DNA of 64,000 nt from Schizosaccharomyces osmophilus (lineage: Eukaryota), in the NCBI RefSeq assembly GCF_027921745.1, contig NC_079238.1, positions 5,146,001 to 5,210,000 of the forward strand, written 5' to 3'. The notes below the pieces were generated by a model that was not told the origin of the DNA, ran no database searches, and worked only from the letters and a program-made list of their open reading frames with translations. This document shows positions 1-9,988 of the stretch, piece after piece. Numbering within the stretch: position 1 is the first letter of the stretch; each line of letters opens with the position of its first letter. The position numbers and the translations under genes are program-made.

Positions 1-2694
1 AAAATGTTCTTCCTCGTTTTAGACTTCCCTTGTTTATTGTTTGCAATAAGGAACCCTTTTGTATCGCTATAATACACTCTCTCGGCCATGACAAATGCCA
101 CGTAAACAAATCGTCAGAAATTGCTTTCCACATATTATTAACCAAAACACGTAGACATGTTGAAGGCTTCAATGCATGGCAAAAAGCTGCAGAATGCAAG
201 TATAGTGTAGTTTCAATGGGTTTTACGAATTTGTTCGATTTTCCGAATAAGAATTAAAGCAGTATTGAAATAAAACGGACCGCTAATAAAAGAATTTGCT
301 TAAAAAATGGCTTTGGTAAAGAATATTGACTCTAACCTCATTATATCGAATCCCAAGCTACTCTTTAAGATTTCGTAGCGACATTGGATTGCTCCAGGAT
401 ATAAAACAAGGCAATATCAAGTATAGCTCCATCTACATATTGGAGCCAGTAAATTATGCCTTCATCAACACTTCATAGTTTTTTGCCTTTTTCGTCTACT
501 AAGATGTAACCTAGCAGTTTTAGAGTAATGGGTGTTTGCCTATCAACTATAAAAATGAATCCCATTGAGGCAGTCGACATTCACAGTAAAGAAGTAGTTT
601 TCCTACATTAAAGTTAAATTTATAAATAAGCCTAGAAAAGCTTGGCCAACGGTATATTTTTCGATATCAGTTCAGTATTTTAACTTCTGTTCAACTTACG
701 ATTAATGCAGTGAATCCAATATTCTCGACAAAGAATTAGTGGCTCCTTTATCCGAATTGGAACAATCAAAATGAAAGCATTGTTTTTACAAGCAAGAACA
801 GATCGTGAATCCTTAGATTTAGAGAACGTATAGTAACAGAGTAACGTTGCTAAACAACGGTCTCTGTGAATAGAATCGGCAAGTATGTGAATATTGGTAA
901 TAATCAAACGTACTTTTATCAACAGGTATGATCAATTTAGTTAGTTGGTTCTGTCTTCCGACGGGATATTTAAAATGGTTGAATTACAAATGCTCTCATT
1001 TAAGCTTTTATAAAACGAATTCATCATCAAATATTATTTCGTAACGGAATACTTTGAAGGAAATAAGGTCGGTAAAGCCTTTAAAATAAAACGTTATACT
1101 ATAGAGGAATTCCTTTATTCACGTAACAAACAAAGCCTAGCAAAGACGCTTTGTGCAGAGAGGATCGCAACGTAAAAGAGTGTCCGTTACAAATTCAGAA
1201 AGAAGACTATTTATTTGCGGGTTGTCTCACTTTGAATATCTGGAGGACGATTTTTTTGTACATGCTATGCTGCATTGCAAATCATGAGCCAGGAATCGTC
1301 TTATAATACTTGCTTTTCTTACTTGGAACAATATTTATTACAAGCGGTTAATTGCTAAAAATTTCTGTATGGGAATATGGATGATCAGAACTTTTACAAA
1401 TTTAGCTGTTACTCTTCAAGTGTGACATCTGCATTTGTGAACGTCGTTTTTTATGTAGTAAGATGATTTTAGTTTTTAGGAAAGAAGTCAGGTATGTCGG
1501 GTAGTAGCATATATCACTAGGACTTGGAAATCTATGAAACGAGCAGGTTTAGTTGTTTTTCGAATCATTTTCATAATCGTACACCGGTTATGGCAAGAAG
1601 AAAAACTCTCATGTGGAATTGATTCAGCATTCTATAAATTATTCATGCTGTCTTATCAATTTCTAAGCCAATTGCCTGAATCATGCTTGACCTTATATAG
1701 TTTACAGTTTATGAAATTTTGAAGCTCCAAGTGTCTTACCTGTATTTTTTGAGACAGACAAGCCTTGATCTTCTTTTATTATTGTGTCAAAATACGAATA
1801 ACTGAACATTTTCCTCAACGAATCTAGTAGCTTGCTTGTTTAACCCACGATTCGCAAAAAGAATTTACATAACATATATATCAAGACAAAAGCAATCATG
1901 ATAAGAATCGTAAGTAAAGTAATTTTACAAGTGCAAACCCGTTCATCAAAGATATTGATAACAAAGGACAATACCACAAAATGATTGACAAGCTTCAAAA
2001 TCTCGCTGTAAAATAGTTTCATTAGTTATAAAGGAAACTTACTTAACGAAAAACTTACATTTGCTTGCTATAGTCATTTTCTGAAAGGAGATCAGAGTTT
2101 TCTTCAGTTTCCATAGTCACATCTTCAAAAATGGCTACCTTTAATCGCATAATGAATAAATTTATATTCAATTTCATTATGATATGATAGTGAAAAACCA
2201 GTTGGCCCTGTCCAGTTAAGTGATCGTTAAATGTACATGATACTTAAGCTTATATATATAATACATTCTCAGCTGGTGAAAATATTCAGCTTACTATATA
2301 TAGTGGAAATCGGTTCTCGAAATTATAGAAAGTTTAATTTGCTTATCAACGATGCTCAATTCACGGCAAATTACTGTCTTAATTTTCTGTTAGTTTATAC
2401 TTAGCGTTGAAGCAGTCAATCTTTCTCTCTTGGCGTTGAACTTGCAATATTTGCGTAACCATATTTTTGCAATGATTCCAGCGTGAGAAATCAGTCGGCT
2501 CCATTGTTGCCTGCTAAATTAAGTAGTTAATTCATTTCTGCACCGATAGAACACCGGCTAGACTATTACGAACCAAATTGCCTAGAGAGACCTAATAGAG
2601 TTTGTTATTGGTGACAGCATGTTTAATGTGTCGTTTACCTGATGGAAGTTTGGTTTGTAACAGTTCGACATTTCACGAAGCCTGTCTTTCATCT

Positions 2695-3012
2695 TGTCAC
2701 AGCTAGGATTTTACGCTGTATTATTATAGTGCTGAGTGTATGGTTTAAGGGTTGCAGAAAGTTGAATGTGTATATATTGGGCTCTACTTAGTTTATACTT
2801 CAGGATTTTCAAAGCCCACGGACTAGCTAAATAAACGACACTAATTTTATTAAGCCAGATCCGTCGAATCCTCCTATCTGAAGATTCGTACTTTTCAAGT
2901 TTGGTATATTTATTTCCGCTACGAGGTAACAATGTTTCTTCTCTAATAGGATTATACGAACTCTCTTGTATTATTATAATACAATATCTCGGCCTTGACA
3001 GTGATAGTGACA
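2695..3012 (-). repeat. 3' LTR (318 bp)
   Basis: TGTCAC at 2695 and GTGACA ending at 3012. It abuts a polypurine tract and shares a 34-nt core (29/34 identical) with the other LTR. Confidence 0.85.
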
Positions 3013-3023
3013 CCTCCCATCCT
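3013..3023 (-). other. Polypurine tract
   Basis: Minus strand reads AGGATGGGAGG immediately before the TGTCAC start of the 3' LTR. Confidence 0.8.
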
Positions 3024-3082
3024 AAGATTCTTTTACTTCCCTTTTTTTGGGTTATGAAAGAATCTTACTTTCGTTGCGGTTC

Positions 3083-4672
3083 TTACCATAAAGAAGCGGG
3101 TTGATGGAATTCTCCGAGTTTATAATTAGCTTTTTGTTGGACGGTATCGTGTAGTATCCATGTGATGGAGTGGAGTATTTGATCTGTTGATGGTAAACTG
3201 TATGAGCAATAATAAAGCGACGGGTTTTCTAGATTACCGACATCTAGTATTCTTTCAATGACGATGTTATGCATAAAGTTATATGCGGTCAAATCTGTGT
3301 GATATGGTTCCAGTTCGGATAGTGAAAACTAGCAGGATAACGTCTTCGTATTTGACTGAGGAACATTTAGTTTATAGCTGTTTTCTCCTATAGGTTGTTT
3401 GACTGTGAAAGGACCAACGTATGTTGGTTTGAGCTTGTTTATTTGATGGAAAAGTCCTATATTATCATATTTGACTAGTACCTGGTCATTTATTTGGAAT
3501 TTTGGAGGAGGACTTGTCTTTTGGTTATAATATTTCGCAAATTTTTCATTCGCTTTATTTATACGTTCGCGTATTTCCGTAATTGATTCTGAATTGGCGG
3601 TTGACTGGTTCATACCAAGTTCTCGCAATATCTGTTCTCCCATATCGGTAAGAGCTGGCTGTACACCAAATGCTGCAATCATTGGTGTTATCTTTATGGA
3701 AGAGTGTTGTGCCAAATTATAACAAAGCTGGGCTTTTGTAAGATAATTGACCCAGTTATGCAGGTGTTTATGTAAATAGGATCGCAAAGATGTTTCAAAG
3801 GTTTGATTTACACGTTCTGTTTGACCGTTAGTTTGCGGATGATATCCTGAAGAACAATTGAGTTCTATATTATGATCTTTGGCATATTGCGTTCACGCTA
3901 CGGAAGTGAAAAGAGTATCTCGATCTGATACAATGTCAGTTGGGAATCCATATACGGATGAAATTGTACGATTAAAAAATTCTGTTAATTCTTCTGAAGT
4001 GAGATTTGCGGTACACGCAACAAACCAAGCCATTTGGTAAAACGATCAACGATTGTTTATTTTTTTTCCTTTGGAAACCGATAAACCGCTGATAAAATCC
4101 ATAGAATAACGTTTAAACGGCTGTTCTGCAATAGGTAATGGTTGTAATTGACCATAGCGTTGATGATTTCTTGACTTATGTCGCTGGCATGTGTCGCAGT
4201 TCTTTACATAATTATGAATGTCTGCAATCATTCCTATCCAGTAAAATTTTTCGCGAATTCTGTTTGTTGAAATTTTTCCACGATGTCCTCCAGTAACAGG
4301 GTGATCATGAAATTCGTTACATATTAGCTGTACCGCTTGTGGTATCTTTGGGATGACATTTTGTCCGCGTTTGCTGAGAATAAGACCATGTCTTATTGTA
4401 TATCGAGAGTTATGGTTTGTTCCATTGAGGATATTTCGGAAAGTTTCATGTTGAGAATTTTCTCGTCTCACATGATCGAAAATGTTCGAAAGATAATTTG
4501 TTGCTTTTATACGAATCATCGTTTGTGTCTTATAATCTGGGCGCCGCGTTATGGCGTCTGCAGGTCCATTCTTTCGACCTGGTCGGTATTTAATTTTAAA
4601 ATTATATAGTTCCGTCTCGGTTGCCCATCTGTGAATTTTTTCACGGGTATCTGTTTTAATGTTGGTAAACAT
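3083..4672 (-). pseudogene. RNase H end and integrase with C-terminal chromodomain-like region (frameshifted)
   Basis: HHCC motif (FHDHPVTGGHRG...CDTCQR); D,D,E core (SMDFISGL, IVSDRDTLFTS, HPQTNGQTERVN); GPF motif (YVGPFTV); chromo-like VIERILD...TW. Spread over ORFs 4046-4672, 3329-3787, 3083-3292 and intervening frames. Confidence 0.88.
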
Positions 4673-5866
4673 TGTCGTTAAATTCTTATGATCTATTAAA
4701 ATTGTGAATGGCTTTTCAGTGTCAGCCAGAAAATGATACCATTTTCGAAGAGCAGCAATAATTGCATAGGCTTCTTTTTCCCATGTTGGCCAAATTTGTT
4801 ATCGATCTGTAAATGTCTTTGAATGAAAAGCAATTGGATGATAAAGGTCATCGTCTTTTATCGTCTTGTCTTTGTGAGAGTATAGCTCCGATGGCAAAGT
4901 CAGAGGCATCACTTCTAGTCTAGTTTCACGTTTTGGTCATAATACCTTAGCATAGAAACATTTTCAAGTTCTTTCTTGACTTGTATAAAAGCCTGCTGTT
5001 GACGATCAGTCCATTTATATTTTACGTTCTTTTTTGTTAGATCGTATAATGGTTTTGCCATTTTGGACAAGTTTGACATAAATCGTCTGCTGTAATGTAC
5101 AAATCCTAAAAAGGATTGTAACCTTCTTAAGGTATTTGTTATAGGCCAATGTGTGATTGCTTGAATTCTTTCAGGAGCGACTTCAATTCCTTTGTTAGAG
5201 AATATATGACCTAAGAATTTAACTTTGTCTTTGAAAAATTGACATTTCTCTCGATTTGCATATAGATTTGCTTCCTCTAGTCTGTGGATACTTCTTGCAA
5301 ATGTATTTTGTGTTCCTCTTCCGAAGAGGAAAATACTAAAATATCGTCTAAGTAAGCGAAAACAAATATGCCGAGAAAAGGCAGGAGTACCTTGTTGTTA
5401 TGTCTTTGAAATTTTGCTGGCGCATTTGTTAATCCAAACGGCATTACGGTGAACTCATATGCTCCACAGGGAGTTTTAAAGGCAGTTTGGTGTTCATCGC
5501 CTTTTTGAATTCTAAGCAAATGATATGCTTCTTTCAAATCGATTGTACTAAAGACTTTGGCTCCGCTTAGCCAATTATAATTTCTTCGAAATTCGGTAAT
5601 GGATAATTATCCCTCTTTGTAATCGCGTTTAGTGGTTTGTAACTTATAACCATCCGATATTTGCCTGTTCCCTTCTTTGGAACTATTAATGGTGCGCACA
5701 TACATTTTGATGAACATTCGCGGATTCGGTCTTGACTTAATAATTTTTGCCCGTTTTCTTTTATTGTCGCGGTTTCTTTTTGTGTATATGGCCTTAGTTT
5801 CGGTCCATAATCTGACAGTTCGTTTGTGAATTCGATTTTTGAATCGCTATTAGAGTGTTGCGGCAA
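4673..5866 (-). pseudogene. Reverse transcriptase / RNase H (interrupted)
   Basis: KYRMVISYKPLN, TAFKTPCGAYEFTVMPFGLTNAPA, YLDDILVFS and RNase H DASDFAIGAIL (~4880-4910). Premature stops at 5567 and 5277 plus frame changes. Confidence 0.9.
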
Positions 5867-5908
5867 CGTTATATTAGTATTTTCTGTAAAAATTTTGTTG
5901 AATGACTT

Positions 5909-7237
5909 TCATATATCTTGAACCTTCAGATTTTCCTTATTGTTGTTATTCTTTTCGTCCTTTGTCTTGCTGCCATATAAAAAATCTAAACTTTCCAATT
6001 TTTCCAGGAGGCTCCATCTGATGAGAACTTTGTTTTCGGATGTTGGAGTAATTAAAAACGTTTCGTTAAATCTTTGTTTATTTATTTCTACTGGCAATGT
6101 TAAATTTCCTTTAACTTCGAGTTTGTCGTTCGTTATCCCCAGAAACGTTCGATTTTCTTTATTAAATTTACGCGTAATTTGTTTAGCCAGGTCTTCTCTT
6201 AAGATGGATACGTTGGGGCCAGTATCTATCAATGCATTGACCTTGAGGTTTGCAATTTTGACATCTTGATGTTGTGAAGTTTGCTTTTCGCAGTGTGTTG
6301 TTGAATTTCCTACAACTGTCTTGCTTATAGAGACGACTTCATCTCTTCTAGACTTGTTTCCCTTATCTAGTCTTTCGCTTGGCTTTGATTTCGCTCCATA
6401 TTTGGAGTCATCCCAGTTCTTGGTTTGTTCGCGCTTATTTGGTTTCCAAGCTTTCTGTTTTGGTATTGAGAACTGTTGGCATGTATATTTCGTTGGTTTT
6501 GGAGGTGGTGTATACCGTGCGTGGCGATTTGTTTCTCTCATGGCTTTTTGTGGATCTCCTTTTTCATATTTATTTTTTAAGAGTTGATTTCGGTTATGCA
6601 TTTTTTGACATAGGAATGCACTGATCTTTATGTTGGTTTCCATGTCCAAATTTAAAAGCCATTTTCTGTACTCTGCGAAATCGAAATCTGAATTAGTAGC
6701 CTTGTCCAGATGTTCATGGAGAGTCTCTACCCAAGAATCGTTTGATCCGCTTCGAAAAACTTTTTCGAATACAAAATCGAACGTTCTATTTGGACCGGGT
6801 TTCTTTACCACTTCTCTTATCTGTTGTCTCTGATGACTTTGGGATTTAGAATAAAGATACATGATTTTTTCTTGGTCAGTAGGAAACACCAAACGTACCA
6901 TTTCGTATATGGTTTCCAAGTCTCGCAAGAAATCATCTAATTCATGCTTATCTGGATTATAAACTTCTGGTTCTCTCGTATTAATTCGTCTTAAGTATTT
7001 TTCAGCCCTATTACCATATGCGTTCTCAACACTTTCAATTAGGTCCATTGGTTCTTCAGCGATGTAATCTTCGTCAATTTCCATTTGACTTAATTTTTCG
7101 GCCATTTTTTCTTGATTTGCAGCAACCATCTGTTCAGATATAACTTTGAGTTGATCGCTTATTTCCGCTTTGAGATTTTGCATATCCACCGCACTAACGA
7201 AAAATCCAGTTCCTGAATTTTCAGAATCCATTTCCAT
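5909..7237 (-). CDS. Retrotransposon Gag plus aspartic protease (442 aa, stops before RT)
   Basis: Gag-like PEVYNPDKHELDDFLRDLE...FPTDQEKIMYL; protease ALIDTGPNVSIL; ATG lies just downstream of the PBS. Confidence 0.85.
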   Translation of the reverse strand: MEMDSENSGTGFFVSAVDMQNLKAEISDQLKVISEQMVAANQEKMAEKLSQMEIDEDYIAEEPMDLIESVENAYGNRAEKYLRRINTREPEVYNPDKHELDDFLRDLETIYEMVRLVFPTDQEKIMYLYSKSQSHQRQQIREVVKKPGPNRTFDFVFEKVFRSGSNDSWVETLHEHLDKATNSDFDFAEYRKWLLNLDMETNIKISAFLCQKMHNRNQLLKNKYEKGDPQKAMRETNRHARYTPPPKPTKYTCQQFSIPKQKAWKPNKREQTKNWDDSKYGAKSKPSERLDKGNKSRRDEVVSISKTVVGNSTTHCEKQTSQHQDVKIANLKVNALIDTGPNVSILREDLAKQITRKFNKENRTFLGITNDKLEVKGNLTLPVEINKQRFNETFLITPTSENKVLIRWSLLEKLESLDFLYGSKTKDEKNNNNKENLKVQDI

Positions 7238-7284
7238 ACTTATGTTCGTTTAATTTTTAATTGAACAAAACTATTTCCACTTTG

Positions 7285-7296
7285 AGATTGGAAGAT
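7285..7296 (-). other. Primer-binding site, self-priming type
   Basis: Minus-strand ATCTTCCAATCT lies 5 nt downstream of the 5' LTR and is perfectly complementary to LTR positions 7506-7495. There is no TGG tRNA-type PBS. Confidence 0.75.
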
Positions 7297-7301
7297 AAAT
7301 G

Positions 7302-7717
7302 TGTCACAGGACGAATCTCACTTGTTATGAGAATAAGTATTCAGTGGAAAAGATGTAAGTAATAACAATTCATAAAATTGTATGTTTGACTTTTAGATTG
7401 GATACTTTTGTACTATAGAAGAATAGTAACAGCTTCCAGGGATCTGATTCACTAAGTAAGTTGTATGAACGATTTATTTAGCTAGATCAGTCAAATCTTC
7501 CAATCTGAAGATTTGCCAGGTAATTTGCATTTTTTATAATTTGTAACAAAGTCTTTGTCTAAAAGCTATTTTCTTTGTCTTCTTTCAACTCTTTGTTTCA
7601 AGAGTTTCTTTGTTTATTCATTACTTTCATGAATCCTTATTGTTATACGATAATAATATCAAAATATTAGTAATATCGTATACCAGTTATGACAGTTACA
7701 AGACACTTATTGTGACA
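7302..7717 (-). repeat. 5' LTR (416 bp) with TATA box at ~7532-7538
   Basis: TGTCACA at 7302 and TGTGACA ending at 7717. Minus-strand TATAAAA lies ~26-32 nt upstream of the predicted transcript start (~7506). Confidence 0.82.
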
Positions 7718-8635
7718 TACATATGCTGGTAGCAAAGCACCTCTTTTGGCAGACGCTTCTTTAGTCCCAAAACATTCGTATTATAATAGTGCTAGAACTA
7801 GCTTATGTTCAAACTGTCCAAATAGCTTCCTTCTGTTACTGGTTTGTCCACTACATATTGAGGAACAAATATTATAAAATATTTTGTTACCTACAGCTTG
7901 ACTAACAAATGTAACTTTGCAAGTTACATATAAGGTTATATGCTTCACGCATTCACTTCCAACATTTACAATTGTACTATATTAGATGACCATCCATTTT
8001 CAAGTACTTGCATGATTCTCTTTATTAACAATTCAAAGCCAACATTCTTCAGTGAGCTTTATCAGGTTTGATGTGTATGTATTTGTTTCTTACAGCATTT
8101 ATGCTCGTGTCGCGTTAGCTGGATGAACTACGATTGAAATGAGGATTCAATTACGACGTCCATTAAACAGGAGAAAGGTCAAGAGCGAAGGGTCCAAAGC
8201 AACTCTCTCCACTCATCAACCAAATCGTTTCCTTGCTGATTCGCTTGTATATTCTATGAAATGACTCTATTCACATGAAGTAACGAGTTTTAAAATCTTT
8301 TAAAGGAAAGAACTTTTGATTTAGCTTAGATATTCTCATTTAACGAGACTCTTGTGGAACATTAATTGCTATAAAGATTGTCCTTCCGTATCCTTATATG
8401 CTACTAGGGTAGGAAAGATGGCTGGACAGGTTTGCCTTTTGCCTTCATCTCTTTCTCGTTGAACTAAAGAGAGTGAAAAAAAAAACCCTCGTTTTGAGCT
8501 TTTTTGCGTCGTTTACGGGTCGGTATCAAGAGATCCGTTTGGAGGATGCTGTAGAAACCACCTACAAGTTCCAGTGTAAACATCTCAGACCCTTTCCATC
8601 AAAAACGAGAGCAAGAACAAGGTGAACGCTCACAA

Positions 8636-9583
8636 ATGGAAAACGAGGAGCATCATTCTTCTGCATCGATGGAAGAATTCGACTACCTTTCTCAAAAGTC
8701 GGAAACTCTAGCTCCCTCCAACAGTCCTCATACCAAAACAAGCATGGGTACGAGTTTTCTGGACTGGTGGGGTTCTTGGAAACGAGATTTATATTCGATT
8801 TGGTGGTCGCTGAATAGAAAATTGAATCGTATGTATCGGTGGATGTGTAGCTTTTATCAGACTCGTCCACTTTTATCATCACGAGCTGCTGAAGAAGAAT
8901 CCAACAATACCATGCAGCATGAAATTTATAGTGTGGTGAAAGACATCAACAGTGGAAACGAGTTCGTTTTGAACATAACAAAACCTGTCGATCCTTTATT
9001 GTTACGATCCAACATACCGCCTGTGCATCGTAAACATCTTCCTCCCAAGCTTTCCCTAGTTGCTACGCCGGGAACGGTACCCCGACACAACGTGGTGGTC
9101 TTGGAAGATTGGATCAATCCGTTGCTTTCTCAAAAGACCCAGCTTATGCTGCAAAGCGAGTTATGTAACAGCGACAGTTTTGACTGCCCTGGATACATTT
9201 GCGTTTTCAGCTACGAAGAAAAAAAGCATTCCCTTAATTCCCTTGGCTCAAATGCCCATAGTACTTCTTTGATTCAAATTTCAAGAGTCTCCGATTTGAA
9301 GCGCCATTTGCATGATCATTCGTCTCATTGCCGCTATCGTCGCTCTCTTTTGGAAATCTTTCCCAGTCCCAGCAAATCTTCCAAGCCATGTCAAGTCAGC
9401 TTTAAAATTGAGCGACTGATCCATAAGGAATTGGAGGAATCTTTTAATTGGCTTCCTGGCATCAATTGTGAAGCGTGTGGACTACTACATGAGAACTGGC
9501 TTCACATCAGTAGTGAAGACTGGGACGATGTCCGTGGCTCTATTTTACGATGGATCGAATATTCCAGGGTGATTTATTCTTAA
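8636..9583 (+). CDS. mug113: Mug113-like protein (T5orf172/GIY-YIG-related C-terminal domain)
   Basis: GYICVF...IERLIHKEL...CEACGLLHENW pattern typical of MUG113/T5orf172. Adjacent to gsa1, as I recall for S. pombe. Confidence 0.75.
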   Translation: MENEEHHSSASMEEFDYLSQKSETLAPSNSPHTKTSMGTSFLDWWGSWKRDLYSIWWSLNRKLNRMYRWMCSFYQTRPLLSSRAAEEESNNTMQHEIYSVVKDINSGNEFVLNITKPVDPLLLRSNIPPVHRKHLPPKLSLVATPGTVPRHNVVVLEDWINPLLSQKTQLMLQSELCNSDSFDCPGYICVFSYEEKKHSLNSLGSNAHSTSLIQISRVSDLKRHLHDHSSHCRYRRSLLEIFPSPSKSSKPCQVSFKIERLIHKELEESFNWLPGINCEACGLLHENWLHISSEDWDDVRGSILRWIEYSRVIYS

Positions 9584-9988
9584 ATCAGATCTCAGTCCGT
9601 TATTTCCTTTTTGTTATCCACAAATCATTTTTTGCTAACCTTGCCATCTCTATTGTTTGTTTGGTTTCCTTTCTTTTCTTTTTAAAGCTTTGTGTTTCTG
9701 TTGCATCTATCATGATTTACGAGAACAACGAATTACGCCATTGCATTTTGTTTTATCCTATTTTAATATTTATTCCCTTTTCTTGAAATATACGCTGCGT
9801 TCGCCATGAATGACTAGGCTCAAAGTTTAAAATAACTACATTACAGACGATTTCCCTCTTTTTCTTTTTCCTTTTTGTCTAAAAAATACATTAAAGTCTA
9901 TTAGATTAAAGTGGCCCTTAGAAAAATGGTAAAAAGACCGACATGATAAGTTGTTATAGATATACTCATAATGAAGTGTCCATCCTCA

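Larger units (their letters stand above)
2695..7717 (-). mobile_element. Degenerate full-length Ty3/gypsy (chromovirus, Tf-like) LTR retrotransposon
   Basis: Minus-strand order is LTR-PBS-gag-PR-RT-RNaseH-IN-chromodomain-PPT-LTR. Both LTRs are bounded by TGTCAC...GTGACA. The pol region is broken by several stops and frameshifts. Confidence 0.93.

Noticed and set aside
30..2022. Short ORFs of 60-80 aa in the first 2 kb
   Set aside because: No recognisable motifs, several non-ATG starts, and composition typical of random AT-rich DNA.
5867..5911. Programmed frameshift or readthrough between PR and RT
   Set aside because: Many other stops and frameshifts occur in pol, and Tf-type elements use a single ORF, so decay is the simpler explanation.
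2690..7722. Target-site duplication around the retroelement
   Set aside because: Flanks CATCT and TACAT do not match at 4-5 bp.
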